Of a stretch of DNA of 64,000 nt, positions 48,108 through 59,168 are shown piece after piece (the first letter of the stretch is position 1; every line of letters begins with the position of its first letter). A program made the translations under genes and the position numbers. The notes under the pieces were generated by a model that was given only the letters and a program-made list of their open reading frames with translations, did no database searches and had not been told where the DNA came from. Where the stretch lies: positions 62,001-126,000 of the forward strand of contig QPGO01000127.1 of assembly GCA_008632985.1 (NCBI GenBank). The letters are read 5' to 3'. The stretch is from Psammoneis japonica (taxonomy: Eukaryota).

Positions 48108-48944
48108 TTACCACTCTTGTGGTGGTGCCAGTTCCGTAATCTTGAGGCTAATCACGCTTGGTCCATTACGTCGCTTTGTCATGCGGTAATAGAAATACGC
48201 CTTTGTCCCGCCCATTGTACCCAGTGCTCCTCCAACACCATGCTCTCGAATCCATGACTGGATCTTGTCGTATCCACCGTCACAATCTTCCTCGTCTGGA
48301 TGAATAAAAGTTCTTACAGATCGATCCTGATTGTACAACAGCATGGGATATTTTTCTTCGTCTCCTTGTTCGGATGCTGCCATTTGAATTTTGCAAACGT
48401 TGGGTATGTCTTGTTTGGTAGAAGAATCAGTTGTTGTTTTTTGTTTGTGAAAGGATATCAGGGCTTGGTGTGGACGCGAGCCAGATCGATCGGCAGGCAC
48501 GTCTGCAAACACGTGAATATACTTGTTCAGCTCGTCTTGTTGTAATTGTGCAAGCTCTTGTTCCTTACTCGCCGCTTCTGCTGCCGCTGCAGCCGTATAA
48601 TCTTGAGCCAGTGTTTGAATGCTACCGTTACCCACCGTGTATACCTGAACCACGCCGTCTGGCAACTTCTTCATGAGCTCCCGATTTTCTGCAGATGTAT
48701 TCGTGTTGCTGTTCGTTTGTTGCATGGCTTTTTTCCAGACTTTTTTAACGTCATTGAGCGTCACGGTTGCTAGACAGGCATACGACTCGTTTCCGTTGCT
48801 ATCCTTGGTTTTTGACAAGACTTGTGTAATTTCCTTGTGCACGTTGCGAATGCTTGCGTTTGGTTTTGCAAATTTTATGGCCTTTACCAATTCCAACAAG
48901 TCCGCTCTGGAAATAGTTTCTTCTTTGTCCGTTTCTTCAGACAT
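48108..48944 (-). CDS. Hypothetical protein (278 aa)
   Basis: Uninterrupted ORF with ordinary amino-acid composition, convergent with the HDAC gene. Confidence 0.7.
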   Translation of the reverse strand: MSEETDKEETISRADLLELVKAIKFAKPNASIRNVHKEITQVLSKTKDSNGNESYACLATVTLNDVKKVWKKAMQQTNSNTNTSAENRELMKKLPDGVVQVYTVGNGSIQTLAQDYTAAAAAEAASKEQELAQLQQDELNKYIHVFADVPADRSGSRPHQALISFHKQKTTTDSSTKQDIPNVCKIQMAASEQGDEEKYPMLLYNQDRSVRTFIHPDEEDCDGGYDKIQSWIREHGVGGALGTMGGTKAYFYYRMTKRRNGPSVISLKITELAPPQEW

Positions 48945-49582
48945 GATTTCAGAATTCTTACGGCTTGATGTGAGAGACGGCAGAAGTTTCTCTTACTTAT
49001 CCTCTTATCCTATGCTTCTCACTCTTCAGTTGTAGGTAAGGGCTTGTTATTTGTTATCCTTTGCACTCTAGTAGGGCTACCGGTAAGGTTTGGGTTACAC
49101 TCTTTTTCGTTTTCGCGTTTTGCTGCAACTCGTGATCAAAACCATTCGTGATTGAAAATGGCGGGAAAGAAAGAATAATTTATTCGGAAATAAATGTATA
49201 TCATTATATTAATCTTGAGTCTTTAAGATTGATTTAAAACCGTCCGTCTTCGGGTCTTTATTTTTTTTCATGCGTTGCGTGCAGGCCGCCGCCAGCACGA
49301 GGAGTCGATCGTGTCAAGACACACGCGACACGAGGCGAGTGATTGAGTGCCGCGGCGCTGATGTTGTTGGGGTTTGCGGGGCGGGGTGTTCGCTACTCGC
49401 GCATTTTACGATTCTACGACTAGCTTCAACTTGATGTGTTGCTTCAGGTGCAAAGGTGTATGTTGTGCTCAACCAATTTCCTTTAACTGTTTATCTCTGT
49501 AGAGGCATTCAGATTGCGTTTGATTGGTTTCAGATTGAGAAAAGAAAACAAAAAGTATCGATAAATTGACTCTTCTGTAAGC

Positions 49583-51580
49583 ATGGAGACTATGAACGAG
49601 TCTCTGACAGATTTCGAGTTCTCTGGAGAAGACGGCGCCTGGAATAATTCTGCTTGTTTTGAGCAGCAGGCCATGGACTATTTGCCAGCTACAGAAAGTG
49701 ACATGACACAGAGCGAAGCCTCTGCCGGACGACTGGACGGCGGTGGCAGTTTGGGAAACTTGGGAGGAAGCGCTACCTTATCTCCCCCAGAACGGGCGGA
49801 GTTTAGAAACAGCCACCAAGGCTTGCAAATGAGTGGAGATTTAGAGAGTAGTCTTCAGGATGTTGCAGTTGGATTCCCTGAAAGCTCTAGTCCAGATACG
49901 GGTGATGTAGTCCTAACAGTGCAATCACAAGAAGAATCAGAGCCGCCGTCCTCCAGCGCTGGTGTTTACTCGCAGAGGATATCTCGTTCTGCCCAAGACG
50001 AGGAGTTGAAACGCCAATATCGAGAAGAAGCGGCAGCTTCTCAACAGCCTGCACAGAGTCAAGCTACTGACAGTCATGAAGATGCTCAGAACGCGGTGGT
50101 GCGTGGTTTGCTGGAGCGGTTGAATGCAGTAGATCGAGCGGATGCGCAGACAGCGCTCGAACAAATCGATACGATACTTGAAGAAGAGCGCGAACGAGAA
50201 AAGCGTGATTCCTTATCACACATCTCTGAACAGCAGGATGGCACGGATGGAAGCGAAGCGTCGCTGGAACTCGGTGCGCTTGCTCCCTCGAGACGATCAC
50301 TCCTCGAGCCCGAGTTGAGTCTCAATCTCACCGACTTGCAGCAGCAGCAGCAGCCAGACGCTCCTGCAAGCATGCCGGAACAGCGGCGAATGTCAAGGCC
50401 TCCTGTCTCGGATGCGGTTGATAATCAAGGCAACACTCGTCCAGGAGCATACTCGTCACCCGGCCGCGCGTATGGACAACGGCCACTCTGGGGACGAGGA
50501 TCCGAAAACAACAACAGGCGATTCTCTCTTGGAGGACGATTTCGAGGCCTTGGAAATTCCTTTCGAAATCTTACGAATAGCGCGCACCAGGCACAGCCCT
50601 CTGTTCAAGCCGTTCTTGTCGAGGAGGACGCCAAACAGTCCGAAGAGCAAATTCGGGATCGCGTCACCCAAGAGGTTCGCCAGGAGTTGGTTTCGGAAAT
50701 GATTTCGGATAGCGTCAGTGCTGTCCCGGTGGATCCAAACGAAGCCAAAAGGAGAAACCGGAGGATCGCGATTGGTCTAGGTTTGATTGCACTTCTCGTG
50801 GCTGCAGTGATTGGGCTTTCCGTTGGTCTCACAACAGCCAACAGCAACAACAACTCTTCACAACAGTCCATATCGCCCTTGGATGTCATTGCTACAGTTC
50901 CGGAAACCATTTGCTACGATCGTTTCCCCGGACAGGGTCACTCTCTTGGTGTACTTTGTGAAAGAAACGACACCATACCTCAAGGCGGTGGCGTTGCCAA
51001 TGTTGTTTGCAAGGCGTGGCTCGATCAAATGGAGACTGCTGACCTTTGCATTACAAATTCTGGCGCATGCCGTGCGGACTTTGCGGCGGGAGAGTATAGA
51101 CGAAAGGATCCAGTCATTATGCTCCCGTTCAACAACACTATGGAAATTCTGGAAATGACGGGAGAGCAAGTCGTCCAGGCTCTCAATGACGGGATACGAT
51201 TTGCGTTAGATCCTCTCTTTGGAACTACCGGTGCGTATCCCTATGGACACGCCATTCGGTACGATGTCGATGCTACCATGCGTATGATTAGCAATATCTG
51301 GGTGAATCCTCGAATGAAGAATGATGAATGGAGTCAAATTGAACCAGACCGAGTTTACAGAGTTGTGACGCACAGCTTTTTGGCAGGGGGTGGAGATAAC
51401 TATTGTACAATGAAGAGTATTCCTGATGAAAAGCGAAACCGCACTGGCATGCCTTGGGATCAAGTACTCTTGGAATACGCTATTGCATCAGGAGTCATTG
51501 AAGACCTACCAACCTCTGAGTATTCCACGCAGAACTACACAAGGCCTCCAGACGGTGACCGCGAAATTTGCTTTGAATAA
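49583..51580 (+). CDS. Single-pass membrane protein with a 5'-nucleotidase C-terminal domain
   Basis: TM segment RRIAIGLGLIALLVAAVIGLSVGL; NSGACRADF, MLPFNNT, MTGEQVVQAL, GAYPY and YRVVTHSFLAGGGDNY. Confidence 0.85.
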   Translation: METMNESLTDFEFSGEDGAWNNSACFEQQAMDYLPATESDMTQSEASAGRLDGGGSLGNLGGSATLSPPERAEFRNSHQGLQMSGDLESSLQDVAVGFPESSSPDTGDVVLTVQSQEESEPPSSSAGVYSQRISRSAQDEELKRQYREEAAASQQPAQSQATDSHEDAQNAVVRGLLERLNAVDRADAQTALEQIDTILEEEREREKRDSLSHISEQQDGTDGSEASLELGALAPSRRSLLEPELSLNLTDLQQQQQPDAPASMPEQRRMSRPPVSDAVDNQGNTRPGAYSSPGRAYGQRPLWGRGSENNNRRFSLGGRFRGLGNSFRNLTNSAHQAQPSVQAVLVEEDAKQSEEQIRDRVTQEVRQELVSEMISDSVSAVPVDPNEAKRRNRRIAIGLGLIALLVAAVIGLSVGLTTANSNNNSSQQSISPLDVIATVPETICYDRFPGQGHSLGVLCERNDTIPQGGGVANVVCKAWLDQMETADLCITNSGACRADFAAGEYRRKDPVIMLPFNNTMEILEMTGEQVVQALNDGIRFALDPLFGTTGAYPYGHAIRYDVDATMRMISNIWVNPRMKNDEWSQIEPDRVYRVVTHSFLAGGGDNYCTMKSIPDEKRNRTGMPWDQVLLEYAIASGVIEDLPTSEYSTQNYTRPPDGDREICFE

Positions 51581-52188
51581 AATGTATATTTTCAATGAGC
51601 TGCATTCGAATTGATCTACTTCTTCTAACTACTTGTCTCTTTCGAAGACCAAGAAAGGCGTACCCATACACCACGGTCAAAGCGCATCAGCTCCTATCAA
51701 CTGCTTGTTTCGTTTGTGGAATGAAGATAGATCCTTGTTCGACGTTATTTCGACTACAGCTCGCATTCAAAACATGACATGAAAGATGTGAGGTGAAGCT
51801 GGCACGACTTGAATTTTGATTGAAGGTCTAGAATGCAAGAGACTAATTCAGCATTGAACATTTCAAGCATAAGTTATTCTATGTAGCTACAACCTGCTCT
51901 CTATCCCGCCTGTCACCCTCTTTTTTGATCCAACGCCTTGATTCGAAAATTTGAAACTTGGAAAACGGATCAAACCAGACGTTGGATGGAGAAATTTGAA
52001 TTTTCGAACGGAACACGCGCGACATTATTTATGAACTTTATCAACAGATCATAGATCATGTCACAGTGGCGGCCATCACACATCACAGTCTGCCACAGAC
52101 AAATTGTGAAGAGGAGCCTCGTTATCGGCTGTCTATCAGAAGCTTTTAACACCATCTTTCTTGCGCCGAAACCCTTTAACCTGCAACC

Positions 52189-53250
52189 ATGGGTAGTAAT
52201 GCAGGCTCAACCAAATGGAGTTTGCCTCACTTTGCTATCTTGCTACTCTTGCAAATGACAGCTTTCGCTGTGTACCTCGATTTTCACGCGCTACGCTCAA
52301 ACGGTCATGATATCTTGTCTGCTAGCACGCATGCAATCGAGCAAGAGCGCCCCAGTATTTCTGGGAGAGCAAGCCCCCACCTCTACACTATGCTTCCATC
52401 CGGATGGGATAGTAGTGGACAAGCTATGTACCACAAGACGAAAGAACAACTGGCCATCGCAAACACCGGCAATCCTCAGTCGATTCATACTCACAGTGTT
52501 CTACCACTTGCCCCAGTACGCACTACGGGCTCCTACAACTACTGGTTTAAAGATAATTTTCCTGGTGACAGTGCTACAAAATGGGAACCCGCTACGTTCC
52601 AGCGTTTCTATCGCTTTCTGTCTTCGTGCCGCTACTATGTGGGGTTCGGGACGTGGATTGGCCCGACACTCTTTTTTGCGGGTCAGCTCGTCGACGAGGC
52701 GTTCGGAATCGAGGCTGATCCTGTCGCCTATGCCACGGTCGAGACAAACCTTGCCTTGAATCGAGAGGCAGAGTGGGCTCGCCACGTACATTTACACGCC
52801 CATGCTGTTGGGTTAGGATCAAATACAAGCCTTGTGCCATCCAACGTCACAATGAGCTCTGCCGGTGCCGGGAACAGCTGCTCTGGGCTTGGAAAAGTCG
52901 CCTGTGGAGAAGTGTCAGTGCGCTGGAATGTCAACGCATATCCGCTTCCTGCTTTGTTGCAATATTGGAGAGTTCCATCGACTCGCGATCTATTCATCAA
53001 GGTCGATGTCGAGTCCTTTGAATGCCAACTTGTACCATCCTGGCTACCATGGTTGAAATCACTATCATCCAAAAAGCCTGTGTTTCATATTGCGTTTCAT
53101 TCTCAAATTACGAATTGTTCGCAAGAGGAATATCAAGGTATCTTCGAGTTTGCAAAGCTTTTTGATTTTGCGGAATCTAATTGTACGGATGACGTCGCAA
53201 AACGGTGGACGTGTGGCGAGGGCGAGTACTTGTTCTTCGACAATTTCTGA
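52189..53250 (+). CDS. FkbM-like SAM-dependent methyltransferase with an N-terminal membrane anchor
   Basis: YVGFGTWIGPT (motif I), FGIEADPVAY and FIKVDVESFE. Confidence 0.8.
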   Translation: MGSNAGSTKWSLPHFAILLLLQMTAFAVYLDFHALRSNGHDILSASTHAIEQERPSISGRASPHLYTMLPSGWDSSGQAMYHKTKEQLAIANTGNPQSIHTHSVLPLAPVRTTGSYNYWFKDNFPGDSATKWEPATFQRFYRFLSSCRYYVGFGTWIGPTLFFAGQLVDEAFGIEADPVAYATVETNLALNREAEWARHVHLHAHAVGLGSNTSLVPSNVTMSSAGAGNSCSGLGKVACGEVSVRWNVNAYPLPALLQYWRVPSTRDLFIKVDVESFECQLVPSWLPWLKSLSSKKPVFHIAFHSQITNCSQEEYQGIFEFAKLFDFAESNCTDDVAKRWTCGEGEYLFFDNF

Positions 53251-54020
53251 TAATATGGTGAAAAAGTGTTGCTGGTGCTGCGAGAATGAGTGGCGTAACG
53301 TCAGCTTTTCATGTAATGCTGAGGACATTCGTACTCCAGGACATTGGCTCTTGTTTCAAAGGGTACTGGTAGTATGCCACTCCGCAATATTGTTTGAAAG
53401 TTTGACATCATACATCACGTGCATTTCATTGACAAGGAACCGGGGGTGGGTGCCACGTTTTGTAGCTGGAGTGCCATCTAAGCATTTCACACACAATGTG
53501 CTTCTAGCTAGAAACTGCTATCCACCCTTCTAGCTTAGCAGACTAACCTGGTACTTCTAAGGTGCGGCATCTTGATCCTACCGGTAGCTAGCACCGGTAG
53601 CTCGCTATTACAACCAAGTGCATCGTTGTGGAAGCGTACCAAGCAAGACGTGCAACGGAAGTATTATCTACAAATTTAATTTATGCATTTCCATATAATC
53701 GTAAATGAGGATTAGGCAACTTTTCATAAAAATACGTCTGAATAAAATATTATTTTATCAAAGCATACCGGTACGTAGTTATATAGGCAATAAAAAATTT
53801 CAAACAGAATTGCTCTTGCGGGTTCGTTCAGTGGTCACACAATGAGCTTCGCAACATTCGCGATCGCTGTGCCAAGGCGTTTGTCTGGACCTGCCTTTTA
53901 GTCTAGTTAATATCTGACTCTCTGACTACCTTTGTTCGCCTCCAAACACCCAGACTAATCCATACAACAGTAATTCAGACGCTTCCCGCCCGGCAGAAAG
54001 ATCTTCAGAAAAGACACGAT

Positions 54021-54326
54021 ATGCGGAATAACGTTCTGTCGTTGTTGTTCTTGTTGACTGTGGCTGCATGCCACGCGCAAATGCCGTCAGAACCATGGGC
54101 GGTATGTCATCGATCAGATAGCAATGCGGCTGCTCAGGAGTTTTGTCAGTTGCCTCTTCCCGTTTGTGAAGAAGGAGATGGCTTGCGGCCTTCTCTGGAA
54201 GAATGTATCAAACGATGCGATGTGGTGGATGATTGTGGACATTTCGGAATGATTTGTCACAAAGGGTTGGAGTGCCTACTTCCTCCGGATTGGAGTGAAG
54301 AAGAGGAAGAGGGCTATTATGAGTAA
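54021..54326 (+). CDS. Small secreted cysteine-rich protein
   Basis: Signal peptide (MRNNVLSLLFLLTVAACHA), eight Cys in the mature part, acidic tail. Lies in normal-composition DNA. Confidence 0.55.
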   Translation: MRNNVLSLLFLLTVAACHAQMPSEPWAVCHRSDSNAAAQEFCQLPLPVCEEGDGLRPSLEECIKRCDVVDDCGHFGMICHKGLECLLPPDWSEEEEEGYYE

Positions 54327-54730
54327 AAGATTGAAAGGTTACTCGACAACCGTTGTTCGTAGAGGCCGACAACGCTGTTGCAAGAGAGGTCCTGTGAAAA
54401 CAGTATGCTGCACGGGGGTATTGCCGATTTTTCATGTTGAATCGGGAGACCTCTCGGTTAGGCGAAAAATTAAAGAAAGACACTGCCAGTGTTAACGACA
54501 CCGGTAGCCTTAAACGTTTAGTATTGTTCATAGCAAAAGGTTCATCATTTCATAATGCGTCCTCTTGTGTCTTGTGAGTAAGCACCCTTCGTGTACTCGT
54601 AGCTATCATCCCAGGACTATGGACTTAAATATGTTGAAAAACATCCTTGACGGCGGTTGAAGCGCTCATACGACGGCTCCACACTGCGTTTGCTACCACG
54701 TGGGAAAAGTGCTAAGGGATTCAATATGTT

Positions 54731-55013
54731 TAAGAATGCCGCAATGCCAAAATTGCACCTAGAGGATCACTTTACACCCTGAAAGAACGAGGTTTTTTGG
54801 CGCAAACTCAGGGTAGATGCCAAACGTGTAGTCACCATGTCAGCCCGCATGTATGGTCTAAGCCACCAGTCAATCCCGTAGGATTCTTGCTTTTTCTAAC
54901 CGGTTGATGTGTTAGAAAGGTCTACCCATTGTTCAAGAACGCCGCAATGCCAAAATTGATCCAAGAGGATCACGTTACACCCTGAAAGAAAGAGGATTTT
55001 GGCGCAATCTCAG
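54731..55013 (+). repeat. Two ~80-bp direct repeats ~200 bp apart
   Basis: AAGAA(T/C)GCCGCAATGCCAAAATTG...TTACACCCTGAAAGAA...TTTTGGCGCAA at ~54732-54810 and ~54935-55013. Confidence 0.8.
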
Positions 55014-55320
55014 CATACTTCAGAATATTGGTACGGGAATATCTATCCGTCCACTTATCTCAGGAGAGGATCGGTCGCAGTCTAAACTACCAGGCAATCC
55101 CATGTAGTCTAATTCTTTTGAAAACCGATTTATGCGTCCTATCTGACATACGGAAAACTTCGAAAATCTCAATATATAGCACGTACAGTGAGTCCAATCA
55201 AGTGCATGTAGTTCAAGGTGTAGAATCATAATATGGTAGGATACATAGTGTATGTCTCTATTAGGATTTATAGGCGCAGCGTAAATGAAGCATGTGAAAA
55301 GAGCGCTTGAGGAACGATTT

Positions 55321-55935
55321 CTATGATTGAACCGGAACACTAAGCATGCTCATCCGGCTCATGCTTTCCAGCAATGTTTCTGATGAAAAGGTGCGCTTTA
55401 TCTTTCTCTTTGCCGACTGCAGAAAGCCTTGTCGCTTCTGGCTGCCTTTGGATTGAGCATTTGTTTGTTTTCTTTGTTTCAAAATACGTTGGACTTCTTT
55501 TTCAGAAGCGGCAATTTCCTTGGCGGGAATGCCAAACTCCTTGTTTAAAATGTTCTTTCTTGCAAGTGCCGATAGTCTGTAGGGACCGGCGACCGCAACT
55601 CGGTTATTTTCGTAATCATCAACATCTTGCAGGCTCTTTTCGGAGTATTCCCAACCCAAGGCAAGAGGCGGACCAAATCGAGTGTCGGGATGATCACCAA
55701 CAACTCGATTGTATTCTCGGACCGACACACTGGAAAACATCACGGACCGTTGGCGAGTGCTGCTGCTAGTCGTGGAGCTGTCAGATGATGATGATGTATC
55801 ATCAGAATTCAACGTCGAGGCAGTTTCTACTCGCTCAAGTGGCTTTGCTTTGGAATTTCTTGAAGATAAGGGAATATGAATAGTCTCATCGAGGCCCAAA
55901 AGCTCGATCTTTGGCGTTGTATCCTTGGTCATCAT
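55321..55935 (-). CDS. Conserved hypothetical protein (VxFSSVxVREY...GPPLxLGW family, recalled as common in diatoms)
   Basis: SVMFSSVSVREYNRVVGDHPDTRFGPPLALGWEY motif in an intact ORF. Confidence 0.75.
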   Translation of the reverse strand: MMTKDTTPKIELLGLDETIHIPLSSRNSKAKPLERVETASTLNSDDTSSSSDSSTTSSSTRQRSVMFSSVSVREYNRVVGDHPDTRFGPPLALGWEYSEKSLQDVDDYENNRVAVAGPYRLSALARKNILNKEFGIPAKEIAASEKEVQRILKQRKQTNAQSKGSQKRQGFLQSAKRKIKRTFSSETLLESMSRMSMLSVPVQS

Positions 55936-57080
55936 GGTTAGCTTGAGTTGTTCGTGGAAATTGTGAGGAGAGATGTGATGATGGTTTTACGGCAGATTCG
56001 GTACTGGCGCTACGGGCTGACTCAGGAACACGATGGAATCGATTCCAGCGAATTCAATTTGCCACGACAGAAGTGCCAGAAGCTCGGGCAATTTGCAAGA
56101 ATGGCTGGCAACGGCGAAGCGGCGAAGTTCTATATAATGTATTCATTGTTTATAAGCTTATATTAAAACGTGGCAATAAGCCAGTGACGTGGCAAAAGCT
56201 GTCTTGATCGTGCATTTTTTTGTCCGATGTCTTTCAAAAAGGTACAAACAACTATCTTCGAAACGGCAAATCGAGACGAAAAAGACTATGGTAATTCGTA
56301 TGACGATGGCGTCCCATGATGGATGCAGTAGCTCTTTGCTACACCTCCCGAAGTGGCCTCCCGACCCTCCGCCATGGCCATCCTTCTTTTTGCGGATCCT
56401 TTTCCCTACCGTTCTTACCTTTGCCATCGTCTCCTTTCTTCATTCCCTTTCGGTCACTCCCTTCGCTCCTCTCGCCTGTACATTTCTACGCCCCTTCTAC
56501 CGGCCCCAGTTTCCACGATTGCCAATCGCCCTTCCAACTGCTCATTCCATTGCCCTTTCACTTTTCCTCACTCCCTTTCTTCATCCCAACAACTGCCCCT
56601 GCCATTTCCCTTTCTGCTCTTCCTTATGCCCTCTCTCCCTCTCTGCCTTGTTCGTTTCTTTTCCCTATGGCCCCTCTCTGCTCCCTGACCTCTTCCCCAT
56701 TTCCTCCTCCAGCAATCCCTTCAATTGCCCCCCTTCCTCCCATGACTCCCTTCGCGACTTTAGTTATGACTCCTCTCCTATCGTTCCACATGCCTTTCTA
56801 CGCCCCTTCGAACACGATTGCTTCCGTACTCCTCTACAGCTTCCCCTACCCTTCGGCCCTCTCTACTGCCCCTTTCTCTTCCATGACTCCCTTCGCGCTT
56901 CTGCTTGTGCCTTCCTCCCTATGTTTCTATGCATCCTCTACGATCATTCGTGTACGATTGCCCACGTCATGCCCTCACCTTCCCTCCTCCTATCTTTCTA
57001 CACGTTCTGTGACCTTGTCGCTGTTTTTGGCGATCCGCACACAACAACGACTCTCTGCAACTTTCTCTTCCCGCTTGATC

Positions 57081-59168
57081 ATGTCTACTCTCGCCTCCGC
57101 TCCTCCTGCTGATGTTAAGCTTTTAGCTCAGGTCCTTCATCCTACTGACCTGCCTGACGTGCCTGCCATTGCTCTCGCGTCTGATGTCATTCGTGACATC
57201 ATTCTTAAGACGCTGGAGCATCACAGCCGGCGCGTCTCTCCGCTCCTCCTCACTCTTGGCTCTGTGACGCTTGCCGAAACCAAGAAGCGCTCCCATCCTC
57301 ACCAGAATCAGTGGGCGTCCTACTTTCACGTTGCTCTTCACCCGGTGACCCCCGACGGCACCACCTTTTCCTTCGAATCCTTCCGCAGCCAAGCACTCTC
57401 TTTTCTCCTTCAGAAATGGCATCTGCACCCTACGTCGCACTTCACCCCCTTCCGCTCCGCCAGCTCCCCTTCCAATTTTCTCCACCCTGACTTCTCTCCG
57501 GTTTTGGCTGTGGACAATCCTTGGGCTCGGCACTGTGCCTTTATGATCCCAGCCTGCAACTCTTTCGAAGAAAAGGCTCATGGTGTCCTTGCTGGCCCCT
57601 CTCCAACCCTCTGCGGTTCTTCTCGACGTGCTTCTGAGTTTCTTCTATCCCGCCTTTGTTCCTTCCTTGTTGGCAAGATCTCCAGCACTGCGACCAATCC
57701 CATCCTTCAATCCTTCCGAGACTGTCCTGCCTTTCTCAATCTCGTTGGCATTCGTCCTTCGCAATGCCCCGCTAACTCGGCCCAGGCGCGACGCCGCTCT
57801 CTTCCGGTTTTTCACATTTCCACTGCCTCCGATGCCATCTGGAACACCCCACTTCATGTCACCAATCCATCCAATGCGCCACCTGCCTCCTTCTCCATCC
57901 TGGGGACCTCCACTGCCATCATTCCCTTCCCAGCCCCGGCCAACTTTGCTTCCACCTACAACGCCCTCTCCGAGCTCATTTCACGTCAGAGCAACATGAA
58001 AGTGGTCATCTCTGACCGTCTTCTTCTTCCTCTCACCCAACCTGGCATCAGTCATCTCCTTGCTACAACCAATCTTCACTCCCTCACCCCCATCTTCTCT
58101 GCTCATGACTCCCTCCCAATCAAGCACAAGCTGCTCTTTTTCCCGTCTCCGTGCACAATTGCTCTTGTGGATGCCAACCTGCATAACCATCCCGGCTTTC
58201 CCTTGGATCTCCTCACCTCTGCGGCGGAATCTACCCATGACGACAGCATGACTTCCCCATCCTACGCCTCTGCTGCTCTTCAGCCGCCCGCTCCCTCTCG
58301 AGATTCTTTCTCGTGTCGTGCCCTTGAGCTGCTTGCTCAAGACTGGCAGCTCCCCAAGCCCCAAGATCCGCTCCCCACTGCTGCATCTCCTTCCTCCCAT
58401 CCTCCCCAAGCCCGCTCCCTCACCACCGAGCCTCCTCCCTCCAAACGTCCCCACTCTTCTCCCGACACTCTCTCTCCGCCCCCCGCCATTCCCACTGTAG
58501 TTTTGCAGACCTCTCCGCCCCCCACCGCTCCCGATGCAATCATGCAGACCGAATCTGATGACTCGGTTTCTCCCCAGCAGTCCCAGCGCGAGATGGAACT
58601 CTTGGATGTCCTTGATGCCTTCGCAGGTGCTTGCTGCCCGGCCCGCCTTTCTACCTGGCAACCTTTCTATGAAGAAGCCATCCGGGCTGCAGCCCCTGAT
58701 GTCGACTCCCTCCGCGATCTCATCGCCTCGTGGAACCCACCGAAGCCCGTGCCCCGCCAACTTGCCCATTCTGCTCCTGGTCCCCTCCTTCCATTGATGC
58801 ACCATCCCTTCCCACTTCCATGCACAGCCATCTTCGCCAGGAGCATCCTCGCCTCTCGCTTTCTCATGTGCCTGCGTCCTTCTTCGATGCCGCTGGTTTG
58901 CATGTCTGCAGGCATTGTGATCATAGCCAATGCACCTGCCTGTCTGCCACCCACCTTCGCAATCACTTGCAGAACAAGCACTTCGCTCCTCGCTCTTCCC
59001 TTGACACTGACATTGTTCTCTCGTCCTTCCATGATCTGGGTGACTGGGGCCCCTCGCTACAATGGCTCCATGCTCTTGCACTCGAGCCTCCGCCTTTCCG
59101 GGCTTCCTGCCGCCGCAAGCTCTCGTCCTCCGCCCGCAAGGAACTCTACTCTGCTCTTCATCATGTGA
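57081..59168 (+). CDS. ORF1 / N-terminal region of the CRE element
   Basis: ATG at 57081 (MSTLASAPPADVKLLAQ) within open frame 56316-59168; overlaps ORF2; no recognised domain. Confidence 0.5.
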   Translation: MSTLASAPPADVKLLAQVLHPTDLPDVPAIALASDVIRDIILKTLEHHSRRVSPLLLTLGSVTLAETKKRSHPHQNQWASYFHVALHPVTPDGTTFSFESFRSQALSFLLQKWHLHPTSHFTPFRSASSPSNFLHPDFSPVLAVDNPWARHCAFMIPACNSFEEKAHGVLAGPSPTLCGSSRRASEFLLSRLCSFLVGKISSTATNPILQSFRDCPAFLNLVGIRPSQCPANSAQARRRSLPVFHISTASDAIWNTPLHVTNPSNAPPASFSILGTSTAIIPFPAPANFASTYNALSELISRQSNMKVVISDRLLLPLTQPGISHLLATTNLHSLTPIFSAHDSLPIKHKLLFFPSPCTIALVDANLHNHPGFPLDLLTSAAESTHDDSMTSPSYASAALQPPAPSRDSFSCRALELLAQDWQLPKPQDPLPTAASPSSHPPQARSLTTEPPPSKRPHSSPDTLSPPPAIPTVVLQTSPPPTAPDAIMQTESDDSVSPQQSQREMELLDVLDAFAGACCPARLSTWQPFYEEAIRAAAPDVDSLRDLIASWNPPKPVPRQLAHSAPGPLLPLMHHPFPLPCTAIFARSILASRFLMCLRPSSMPLVCMSAGIVIIANAPACLPPTFAITCRTSTSLLALPLTLTLFSRPSMIWVTGAPRYNGSMLLHSSLRLSGLPAAASSRPPPARNSTLLFIM

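Noticed and set aside
56189..57112. 307-aa Pro/Phe/Leu/Ser-rich ORF
   Set aside because: It is the pyrimidine-rich 5' region of the CRE element, where stops are rare for compositional reasons.
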